From: Bdellovibrio sp.
GTDB lineage: Bacteria > Bdellovibrionota > Bdellovibrionia > Bdellovibrionales > Bdellovibrionaceae
Reading direction: 5' to 3'
DNA: 64,000 nt
Assembly: GCA_036676395.1 (NCBI GenBank)
Contig: JAKFCY010000002.1
Span: forward strand, 1,952,001-2,016,000
Under the pieces are notes generated by a model. That model was given only the letters and a program-made list of their open reading frames with translations, ran no database searches and had not been told where the DNA came from. Each line of letters begins with the position of its first letter. Position 1 is the stretch's first letter. Shown here piece after piece: positions 1 through 8,356 of the stretch. The position numbers and the translations under genes were made by a program.

Positions 1-53
1 AAAGCTCAGTTGTTTTAATAAGTTATTTAACACCTAAAAAGGCTAGCTAGACT

Positions 54-722
54 TTAGTTTGATGTCAAATAGCCATCTTTCATTCGGTAGATTTTCGAAA
101 ACGCCTGCGCAAATTGCAGGTCATGAGTTACGACGATCAAAGTCAATCCGAGCTTTTTTTGCAACTCAAAGAATAGGGTCTGAATCTTCGCCGAATTTTC
201 TGAATCTAAATTACCTGTAGGCTCATCTGCCAACAAAATGCGCGGATTACGAATCAACGCCCTAGCAATAGCTACTCTTTGCAGCTCTCCACCACTTAAT
301 TGGTTCGGATAATGGCTGGCGCGATCTGCTAAGCCCATAAACTCAAGCCATTCTATGGCTTTTTGTTTCGTCTCTTCACGCGGAAGTTTTGCCAATAAGC
401 CTGGCAACATGACGTTTTCTAATGCACTTAATTCATGAATGAGATGATGAAATTGAAATACAAACCCCATTGTCTCGTTGCGAAATAAAGCCAACTGATC
501 ATCGTTTTTTTCAAACAATGAAGCCCCTTCAAAAAGCACTTCGCCCTCAGTAGGCCGATCTAAGGTTCCTAAAATTTGCAAAAGGGTAGATTTTCCGGCT
601 CCAGAAGACCCCAATAAACACACCGCTTCGCCAGCCTGAATATTTAAATCCACGCCACGCAAAACTGAAACGTGTGAACTGCCTGTGATATAGTTTTTTC
701 GTAAACCTTGAACTTGTATCAT
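54..722 (-). CDS. lolD: Lipoprotein-releasing ABC transporter ATP-binding protein
   Basis: Walker A GSSGAGKST, GFVFQFHHL, LSGGELQR and ADEPTGNLD motifs; overlaps the stop of the lolE-like gene. Confidence 0.9.
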   Translation of the reverse strand: MIQVQGLRKNYITGSSHVSVLRGVDLNIQAGEAVCLLGSSGAGKSTLLQILGTLDRPTEGEVLFEGASLFEKNDDQLALFRNETMGFVFQFHHLIHELSALENVMLPGLLAKLPREETKQKAIEWLEFMGLADRASHYPNQLSGGELQRVAIARALIRNPRILLADEPTGNLDSENSAKIQTLFFELQKKLGLTLIVVTHDLQFAQAFSKIYRMKDGYLTSN

Positions 723-1948
723 TAGTCCTCCCGTAATCCTTCAACCACTGTAAGCTGGCTGCCTTTGCGTGCTGGCGGATAAGTCGCCAGTAAACATGCA
801 AATGTTGTCGCGATAAAAATTAAAAAGAAATCAATCCAGCTTAGTCGAATATCAATGCGATCAATTTTATAAACAGAACCCGAAATCAAAGGGTATTGAG
901 TCTGTAAAAACATAAACCCCTGCGACAATAAATATCCGGTTATAAAGCCAAACAAACAACCCAGACAAGCCACCAATAGGCCCTGCATGACAAAAATAAT
1001 TTGAATGTTTTTTTGCGTAGACCCGAGAGCTTTTAGAATAGCAATATCTTGATAACGCTGGCGAATTAACACATACAGCGTGCTTGAGATATTAAATGCG
1101 GCGACAATCACAATCAAAAACACGACAAAAAAGATAACAACACTTTCGTATTTAACCGCTTTGAATAGGTTTTTGTTCACTTCATACCAATTTAAAACTG
1201 CATAACGCGAACCTAATTCATTTTCTATTTTCTGCGATAGCTCAGGAGCTTTATCAGAGTCTTCGATTTTAACAAAAGCTCCTGTATAACGATCCCCTAT
1301 TTGGGTAAGAGCTTGAAAATCTGGTAAATGCGATAGAATAAGACGTTCGTTCCAGTCATTTTTACCAAAATCTAAAATCGCTGAAATTTTAAAAGATTTA
1401 GCCTGACGTTTAAAATTGTCGTCTTCAAAAGGTGTCGCTAATGACACAGCCAAATAAACTTCATCATTAATTTTCAAACCATAACGTTTGGCTAAACCTT
1501 GGCCAATGGCGATTGTTTCTAAGGGCGACTGCAAACTGCCTTCGCGCACTCGTGATTTTAAGTTTAAAATTTCGCTCACTTGCTCAAAGTCAAAACCCTG
1601 GATCAGCACCCCTGAAACTTTTCCTTTAGAGGCGATCACCGCTTCAGTGTATGCAAAACGAGCGATTTTTTGAATACTTGGATCTATTTTTTGAATGTCT
1701 GCAGCAAATTCATCCCAGCTTTCAATCAACTTACCTTTTTTGATAATTTGAATATCACTAGTCACATCAATCATCGCCTGCTTGAGTGAGCTTTCAAAAC
1801 CACGCATCACCGACATACTTGCAACTAGAGCTGCAACACCGAGCACTAAACCTAAAAATGACAATGGTGCAGAACCACCGAATAAAATCTGTTTATTAAA
1901 TAATAAACGTCCCGATAGCCAAAATTTAAATTTCAAATCATTATACAT
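722..1948 (-). CDS. lolE: LolC/E/F-family lipoprotein-releasing permease (FtsX/MacB fold)
   Basis: GLVLGVAAL..MSVMRGF N-terminal TM; VAAFNI..L, DIAILKALG and ATYPPARK motifs; adjacent to lolD. Confidence 0.85.
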   Translation of the reverse strand: MYNDLKFKFWLSGRLLFNKQILFGGSAPLSFLGLVLGVAALVASMSVMRGFESSLKQAMIDVTSDIQIIKKGKLIESWDEFAADIQKIDPSIQKIARFAYTEAVIASKGKVSGVLIQGFDFEQVSEILNLKSRVREGSLQSPLETIAIGQGLAKRYGLKINDEVYLAVSLATPFEDDNFKRQAKSFKISAILDFGKNDWNERLILSHLPDFQALTQIGDRYTGAFVKIEDSDKAPELSQKIENELGSRYAVLNWYEVNKNLFKAVKYESVVIFFVVFLIVIVAAFNISSTLYVLIRQRYQDIAILKALGSTQKNIQIIFVMQGLLVACLGCLFGFITGYLLSQGFMFLQTQYPLISGSVYKIDRIDIRLSWIDFFLIFIATTFACLLATYPPARKGSQLTVVEGLRED

Positions 1949-1965
1949 GAGAACCGCTTTCAGCG

Positions 1966-3118
1966 TTATACATCGGTGTCAGCCTCAGCGACTTGCCCCA
2001 ATGTTCCGTGAATCTGGGCTTTTAAATACGCCATAATAAAATCTGAGAATTCACCATTCATCACGTTGTTCACTTGATTTGTGCTGTAACCCGTGCGGTG
2101 ATCTTTGACTAACTGATAGGGATGCATCACATAAGATCTGATTTGCGAACCCCACTCGTTAGCTTTTTTTGTAGAGTTCATCGCATCTTTTTCTTTATTT
2201 CTTTTTTCGACTTCTTTTTCGTAAAGAGCTGCTTTTAACATCTTCATGGCTTTTTCACGATTTTGAACTTGTGAACGCTGCTGCTGTGAAGCAACAACAA
2301 TGCCTGAAGGTCTATGGCGAATACGTACGGCAGAATCTGTTTTATTCACGTGCTGACCACCCGCGCCGCTTGAACGATAAGTTTCGACATCGATGTCATC
2401 GGTTTTAACTTCAATTTGAATATCATCGTCGACTTCGGCCCAAACAAACACTGAAGCAAACGAAGTGTGGCGTCGGGCATTCGAATCAAACGGAGAAATA
2501 CGCACTAATCGATGCACGCCGGATTCAGCTTTTAGATAACCATAGGCATATTCACCAGAAATTAAAAGTGTGCAAGATTTAATACCTGCACCTTCGCCGT
2601 CGGTCATATCTAAAATTTCACATTTATAACCCTGTTTTTCGGCATAGCGTGTGTACATGCGCAGGAGCATCTCGGCCCAGTCACAGCTCTCAGTACCACC
2701 CGCACCAGAGTTAATTGATAAATACGTGTTATTTGCATCAAGCTCGCCGCTTAATACTTTTTGTAATTCTAATTGTTCGCCGATTTTTTGAACGGCATTT
2801 AGTTCTGCTTTAACTTCTTTAAATGAAGCTTCATCGTGGGCATCAACGGCCATCTCTAAAAGCACTTTGGCATCAGCAAAACGATTAGAAAATTGATTCC
2901 ATTCGGCGAAGGCCCGCTCTAAGAGAGTTTTTTCTTTATTGTGTTTTTGCATTTCGGCAGGCTTGTTCCAAAGTTCTGGATTTTCTGCCGCCATCGCTAA
3001 TTCTTCGAGGCGTTTTTTCTTGCGATCAAGGTCAAAGATACCCCCGAAGCTCTACAGAAAACTGATCCAGTTCTGTAATTTGTTTTTTAACTTCAGATAA
3101 TTCAGTAACTATTGACAT
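1966..3118 (-). CDS. prfB: Peptide chain release factor 2, with +1 programmed frameshift after codon 28
   Basis: GGQ and SPF motifs; ATG at 3118 gives MSIVTELSEVKKQITELDQFSVELRGYL, then CTT TGA C at 3037-3031 moves into the frame of ORF 1966..2994. Confidence 0.97.
3031..3046 (-). other. RF2 autoregulatory +1 frameshift site
   Basis: Minus strand reads CGG GGG TAT CTT TGA C: internal SD-like GGGGG followed by the canonical CTT-TGA-C shift site. Confidence 0.95.
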
Positions 3119-3126
3119 AACCCTAG

Positions 3127-3154
3127 AGTCTAGATTGATTTTTTAAGCTGTCAA
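3127..3154 (-). promoter_or_regulatory. Sigma70-like promoter of prfB (TTGACA-N16-TAGACT)
   Basis: -10 box ends 8 nt before the ATG at 3118. Confidence 0.55.
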
Positions 3155-3583
3155 CTGCTCGAATAATGCATCTTGAATGCGAAACATCAACTTTTCTTCG
3201 GCTTTAGATAATTCATGATCGTACCCCAACAAATGCAAAACGCCATGAATCAACATGTAAAGAAATTCATTTTCTAAGGGATGTCCTTGCTCTTTCGCTT
3301 GTTTTTTTAGCACATCGAGACAAAAAAGGAGCTCTCCCAGAGAGTCGGTTTCCATTGAAGCAAAACTCAAAACATCTGTTGGCTTATTTTTACCGCGAAA
3401 TTGTTTATTTATTTTTTTCATTTCAGCAGCATCCAGAAAAACTAAAGTCAAAGTCTTAGCCCTCAATTGTTTTTGATTGCGCACCTTGGTTTTGCCAAGA
3501 CCATGCACAACCGCATCAAGCCAAGCCTGAATTTTCTTTTGATGCGTTCTACTTTTTGACTGATTGACAACCTGAGCTTTCAT
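3143..3583 (-). CDS. ybeY: rRNA maturation endoribonuclease YbeY
   Basis: RGKNKPTDVLSF and HGVLHLLGYDH motifs. Confidence 0.95.
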   Translation of the reverse strand: MKAQVVNQSKSRTHQKKIQAWLDAVVHGLGKTKVRNQKQLRAKTLTLVFLDAAEMKKINKQFRGKNKPTDVLSFASMETDSLGELLFCLDVLKKQAKEQGHPLENEFLYMLIHGVLHLLGYDHELSKAEEKLMFRIQDALFEQLTA

Positions 3584-3598
3584 ATTTTCAAATACAGC

Positions 3599-4396
3599 AT
3601 GCCAACTCCTCCAAAAAATCTCAATGAATTTTCAAGCTTACTTCAACTTATGCGCGATTTACGCGGGCCAGATGGCTGCCCGTGGGATAAAGAGCAGACG
3701 CATCTATCACTTGCCCCCTATGCCATTGAAGAAACCTTCGAAATGGTTGAAGCCCTAGAAAAACAAGATGATGCTGAATTTTGCGAAGAATTAGGCGATG
3801 TGCTTTTTCAGGTGGTCTTACATGCTCAACTTGCGACTGAGCGAAAAGCCTTTGATATTGCCGATGTGATCACTTCGATTTCTGAAAAGCTTGTGCGCCG
3901 ACATCCGCATGTTTTTTCAGAAGTTAAAGTCAGCGGCTCTGAAGAAGTGATTAAAAACTGGAACGACATCAAAGCGCAAGAAAAAGCTGGTAAAATAAAG
4001 CCGGTATTTAGCTTACCTAAAGGACTTCCAGCTTTACCAACGGCTGAAAAAATCGGAAGTAAAACTGAAAAATTAAAATTTGACTGGTCAGAAGCAAAAC
4101 AAGTTCTGGCGCAATTAAAAGCTGAAATTACTGAACTAGAAGAAGAGATGAACCGTGCTGAAACCGACACTGGATCGCTAGATCACGAAATGGGTGATGT
4201 TTTATTTTCGGCAGCACAGCTTGCGCGCCACTTAAAATTAGATGCTGAAAGCTCTCTGCGCAGAACCAATTTGCGTTTTCAAAAACGTTTTAACCAAATG
4301 CTTTCGTATTGCGAAAATGATGTCGATAAATTCACAGCATTAAGCTCTGAAAACAAAGAACAGCTCTGGATCAGAGCTAAAAAAGAATTGTCCTAG
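3599..4396 (+). CDS. mazG: Nucleoside triphosphate pyrophosphohydrolase MazG
   Basis: GCPWDKEQTH, EELGDVL, RRHPHVF and a second EMGDVLF domain. Confidence 0.95.
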   Translation: MPTPPKNLNEFSSLLQLMRDLRGPDGCPWDKEQTHLSLAPYAIEETFEMVEALEKQDDAEFCEELGDVLFQVVLHAQLATERKAFDIADVITSISEKLVRRHPHVFSEVKVSGSEEVIKNWNDIKAQEKAGKIKPVFSLPKGLPALPTAEKIGSKTEKLKFDWSEAKQVLAQLKAEITELEEEMNRAETDTGSLDHEMGDVLFSAAQLARHLKLDAESSLRRTNLRFQKRFNQMLSYCENDVDKFTALSSENKEQLWIRAKKELS

Positions 4397-4680
4397 TTAA
4401 AAAATCAAAAAACGTATTTTAATTTTTCTGTCTAATGTTTTTTCGAAAAAACTGACTCTTAATATTATCAAATTCAAGGCAGTGTTATTTTTTACCCATA
4501 CTGTCAAAGAACTTGACGCACAAAAAAATATTTTCGCCTGCAAAAAATATTTTTTTCAAGGTTTTCGCGTATTTAGCGTGTCTCAAAATAGCTCGGCAGT
4601 TTTTATTCACCAGACATAATCAACACTTACGGGCTCGTTCGCCCTTCGTTTAGGGCCATTCTATTCTAATTTCACGGATT

Positions 4681-4707
4681 TAATTATTTTATATCACTGG
4701 ACGATAA
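4681..4707 (+). promoter_or_regulatory. Sigma28 (FliA)-like promoter upstream of the Agl/Glt cluster
   Basis: TAAT-N15-GACGATAA versus consensus TAAA-N15-GCCGATAA; AAGGAG SD downstream. Confidence 0.55.
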
Positions 4708-4733
4708 TCTAGTAGCAATACAAGGAGAACAAA

Positions 4734-5837
4734 ATGTTCTTACGACAAACGAAACTGAAGATCGCAGAAAAAATTATGTTAGCCGGCTTAGCAATGACTG
4801 CTGTGGCCTGTGATAAGGGCGCAGGCTCTTTTTCAATTCTTTCTGACAACTCTCAATTCCAACAAGCTGTTACGTTTACTCCACGTAAATTAGACGTGCT
4901 CTTCGTTGTCGACAATTCAGGCTCTATGCTGACTTCACAAAATAACTTAGCAAATAACTTTCCATCTTTTATCGATAAGTTCATTGAGCAAGGATATGAC
5001 TTTCGTATCGCAGTGACGACGACTGATGCTTTCTATGGTGACCAGTTCATCGCTACAGGTTGTTCTTTATGTAACACTGAGCAAACTCGTTTTCGCTCAG
5101 GCGTTAATCCTTCAGTTTATGTTATTGACCGCGCAGATTATGATTTAAGCCTAGCTGGTGAAGAAACCCGCCTGAAGAACGATTTCACTTTAAATGTTAA
5201 AGTAGGAACAAATGGTTCAGGTGATGAACGCGCATTTTCAAGCTTTAAAGCAGCTCTTAGCTCTGGTTTAAATGTGAACTTTCACAGAGCCGATGCTTTC
5301 TTAGCTATCGTTATCGTTTCTGATGAAGAAGATTTTTCTCAAAGCGAATTTACAATGAACGAAAGCTATGCCAATTCAAACATTCACACAGTAGCTTCAT
5401 ATAAATCTTTCTTAGACAGCTTCACTGGTGGTAATGCTTCTGAAGATTACTCAGTGTCTGCGATATCAATTTCGGATCAAGCTTGCCGCGATACTTTAGC
5501 CGGCGGTTCTGGTGGAGCACAAAAAATTGCTGCTCGTTATAATGAATTAGTTGACTTAACTGGCGGCACTAAGAATTCAATCTGTAGTCCGTTTGACCAA
5601 ACACTTGATAATATCAGTTCTCAGATTATGACCGAATCAAAACCAGTATATACGCTTGATAAAAAACCAATCATCGCTTCTATCCGCGTAGCTGTGGGTG
5701 GTGTGCAAGTTCCGCAAAGCAGCACTGATGGCTGGTCTTACGATGCCGTCGACAACACGATCACGATCAATGGCGCGACTTACAAACCAAGTGCCGGCGC
5801 ACCGATCTCGATCAACTTTGACCCTGATTTAAACTAA
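4734..5837 (+). CDS. vWA-domain lipoprotein, CglB/CglD-like adhesin
   Basis: Lipobox AVAC; MIDAS DNSGS; IVSDEED; paired Cys; C-terminal GWSYD beta-domain; first gene of the motor cluster. Confidence 0.7.
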   Translation: MFLRQTKLKIAEKIMLAGLAMTAVACDKGAGSFSILSDNSQFQQAVTFTPRKLDVLFVVDNSGSMLTSQNNLANNFPSFIDKFIEQGYDFRIAVTTTDAFYGDQFIATGCSLCNTEQTRFRSGVNPSVYVIDRADYDLSLAGEETRLKNDFTLNVKVGTNGSGDERAFSSFKAALSSGLNVNFHRADAFLAIVIVSDEEDFSQSEFTMNESYANSNIHTVASYKSFLDSFTGGNASEDYSVSAISISDQACRDTLAGGSGGAQKIAARYNELVDLTGGTKNSICSPFDQTLDNISSQIMTESKPVYTLDKKPIIASIRVAVGGVQVPQSSTDGWSYDAVDNTITINGATYKPSAGAPISINFDPDLN

Positions 5838-5888
5838 TTAAAATAATAAATATAAACGATTTAAAGAATTTAAAAAGATAAAAGGAAA

Positions 5889-6461
5889 ATGAAAATGGCG
5901 ACAACTGAAAATAACTGGTATGTGTTAATGGGCGATCAAAAATACGGACCGTATGAATATAAATCACTAATCAACATGATTCAAACGAACCAGTTGATGG
6001 ATTATAATTATGTCTGGGCGGCTCACTTAGGTTCTTGGACGCAGATTCACCAACTTGAAGAGTTCAGCAAAGATCGTTTTCAAATTTTATTACAGCAGGA
6101 ATCAGAAGTCGTTTCTGCATTCATCAAGCGTGAACACAATCGCCAGGATGTCGATGTTCCCCTATTAGGACACAACCACCAAAGATTCTTTGATGGCCAA
6201 GTTGTCTCAATTTCGAAAGTGGGCGCACTCGTTCTGTTAAACTCGCCTTTGATCCAGGTGGGAGATAAATTAAAACTTCATTTAAAGTCTAATGATGAGA
6301 CAAAAGCATTCAATGTTGAGTGCGAAGTAATCAGAAAAAACTTTTCAAAACAACGACTTAACTCAAAATCTGGCCTCTATTATGCGGTACGTTTTCACGA
6401 TATACAACCAGTGGGAGTGCAAATTATCCAATCATGGTTAAGTGCACCAAAGGCCGCATAA
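5889..6461 (+). CDS. GYF_2 (DUF4339)-PilZ protein
   Basis: N-terminal WY...KYGPY...VW..LGSW GYF_2 pattern; REHNR (RxxxR) and SISKVG PilZ-like motifs. Confidence 0.75.
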   Translation: MKMATTENNWYVLMGDQKYGPYEYKSLINMIQTNQLMDYNYVWAAHLGSWTQIHQLEEFSKDRFQILLQQESEVVSAFIKREHNRQDVDVPLLGHNHQRFFDGQVVSISKVGALVLLNSPLIQVGDKLKLHLKSNDETKAFNVECEVIRKNFSKQRLNSKSGLYYAVRFHDIQPVGVQIIQSWLSAPKAA

Positions 6462-6509
6462 CATATTTTTTTAAACGTAATAACAGAAAAAAAATCTCGG
6501 AGGATTTAT

Positions 6510-7226
6510 ATGGAAATTTTAAACTTTATTAGAGAAGCCGGCGTAGTTGGCTGGGTTATTCTAGCAACTGGTGTTGCCGTTGCTGCCCTTGTGGTTGAAC
6601 GTGCCCGTACACTTTACTTTGACTATGGTATGAATGTCGATGCGTTCACAGGCAAAATTCATACATTAGTTTTATCAAAAAAAGTTGATGAAGCTATCGT
6701 CACCTGTGCACAAATGGAAGATAAACCATTAGCACGCGCTTTCAAAACGATCTTAGAAAAAGCTGATCGTGATGATGAGACGATTTTTCAGGCGCAAGAC
6801 ATCGCCATGTCTGAAGCGGTTCCTTTATATACGAAACGTTTACATTACCTTTCAATGTTAGCCAACGTGGCTACTCTGTTAGGTTTATTAGGTACGATTC
6901 ACGGCCTTATCTTATCGTTCCAAGCGGTAGCCCAAGCCGATCCTGCAACTAAGCAAGCGATGTTAGCAAACGGTATCGCGGTATCGATGTATACAACGGC
7001 ACTTGGTCTTGCGGTAGCGATTCCTGCAATGGTTCTTTATTCATTCTTAGTTTCACGTCAGAATGAATTACTAGAGCAATTACAAGAAAAATGCTCGAAA
7101 TTAACTGAAACATTAACTAGCAGCTCAATCCCAGGTCTTAGCAAAAATAATATCTATCCAGATGTTTCAAATGCTCCGACTACGAATACACAAGTTCCTC
7201 CATCGCATTCAACTAAAGCGTCTTAA
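6510..7226 (+). CDS. MotA/TolQ/ExbB proton channel subunit (AglR-like)
   Basis: ATLLGLLGTIHGLI..F and GIAVSMYTTALGLAVAIP motifs. Confidence 0.9.
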   Translation: MEILNFIREAGVVGWVILATGVAVAALVVERARTLYFDYGMNVDAFTGKIHTLVLSKKVDEAIVTCAQMEDKPLARAFKTILEKADRDDETIFQAQDIAMSEAVPLYTKRLHYLSMLANVATLLGLLGTIHGLILSFQAVAQADPATKQAMLANGIAVSMYTTALGLAVAIPAMVLYSFLVSRQNELLEQLQEKCSKLTETLTSSSIPGLSKNNIYPDVSNAPTTNTQVPPSHSTKAS

Positions 7227-7250
7227 TTAAGACGCTAACAGGAGACTTTT

Positions 7251-7799
7251 ATGGGTCGCAGATTTAAATTACTTATCGATCGTAACGCTGAGTTTGAATT
7301 AGACTTAGCGCCGTTACTTGCGGTGATGGTAAAACTTGTGCCAGTTCTATTGTTGTCATCGGCCTTCGTGCAAATGATGATCATTGAAACTGATTTACCG
7401 CAAGTCGTTCAAGAGGCTATTAAAAAACAAGAAGCAGATCCTAATGCTGCGTCAATTTCTGTAGCCGTAACAACAAAAGAAGGTGTTAAAATTACTTTGA
7501 CTGAAAAAGGTAAGGCTCACATTGAAGTTGTCGGATTAGGTCAAGATAAACAGATCGACTACCCTGCTTTACACGCTAAATTTGTTGAACTTAAAAAGAG
7601 CCATCCGGCTATTTTTAAAATCGACATTCAACCAGACGAAGACGTGGCCTACAAAGACGTTGTTAAAGTGATGGATGAAGCTCGCAAAGCCCGCGCTAAA
7701 GATCTTAAATTTCCGGTCAAAGACGAAAAGTCAGGTAAAGAAAGTACTACAGAGTACATGTTTCCTGAAATCGTATTTGGCAATACGATGGATGGTTAA
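7251..7799 (+). CDS. ExbD/TolR-family subunit (AglQ/AglS-like), TM lacking the usual Asp
   Basis: ELDLAPLLAVMVKLVPVLL TM; D..V.YKDVVKVMD periplasmic motif. Confidence 0.8.
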   Translation: MGRRFKLLIDRNAEFELDLAPLLAVMVKLVPVLLLSSAFVQMMIIETDLPQVVQEAIKKQEADPNAASISVAVTTKEGVKITLTEKGKAHIEVVGLGQDKQIDYPALHAKFVELKKSHPAIFKIDIQPDEDVAYKDVVKVMDEARKARAKDLKFPVKDEKSGKESTTEYMFPEIVFGNTMDG

Positions 7800-7801
7800 T
7801 T

Positions 7802-8293
7802 ATGCCTACAAGAACAAGATTCAAAGTACCAGTTAAAAGAAGCCAATCGTTCGGTCTAAACATTACCTCGATGACAGATATGTTCACGATCTTACTGGTC
7901 TTCTTATTACAAAGTTTCGCCGCTGGCGAAGTTCAAATTGATCCGGCTGAAGGTGTACGTCTGCCGCAATCGATGACAGAGAAAAATCCTGTCGACGGTG
8001 CGCGCGTATCAGTTTCAGCTAAAGAGATCAAATTTGATCAAAAAGTTGTGGCGTTAATTAAAGACAATAAAATAGATAGCGCAGCTTTAGATGCGCATGA
8101 TAATCAATTTATCAAACCGCTATTTGACGAATTAAAAAAATTAAACACAGAAAATGAAAAACTGGCTAAGACCGGCAAAGTATTATTACAAGCCGATCAA
8201 GATCTTCCTTATGCAACATTACGTAAAATTATGTATACGGCATCTATGGCTGGATTTCCAAATCTAAAGCTTGTAACAACTGTGGGTAACTAA
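7802..8293 (+). CDS. ExbD/TolR-family subunit (AglQ/AglS-like)
   Basis: LNITSMTDMFTILLVFLL TM with the conserved Asp; QADQDLPY..LRKIMYTA..AGF. Confidence 0.85.
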   Translation: MPTRTRFKVPVKRSQSFGLNITSMTDMFTILLVFLLQSFAAGEVQIDPAEGVRLPQSMTEKNPVDGARVSVSAKEIKFDQKVVALIKDNKIDSAALDAHDNQFIKPLFDELKKLNTENEKLAKTGKVLLQADQDLPYATLRKIMYTASMAGFPNLKLVTTVGN

Positions 8294-8307
8294 ATATGAC
8301 GACAACT

Positions 8308-8356
8308 ATGACTCTTAATTCAATTATAAAGGATGAAGTAAATATGAACTCAGATG
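8308..8356 (+). repeat. 49-nt leader repeat, copy A, ending in the ATG of the TPR gene at 8354
   Basis: 39/49 ungapped identity to 14632-14680; core TTCAATTAnAAAGGATGAAGTAAATATGA matches 28/29. Confidence 0.85.

Noticed and set aside
6510..8293. Ordinary Tol-Pal or TonB-ExbBD uptake locus
   Set aside because: No tolB, pal or TonB-dependent receptor; two ExbD genes plus Glt-like neighbours fit the Agl/Glt family
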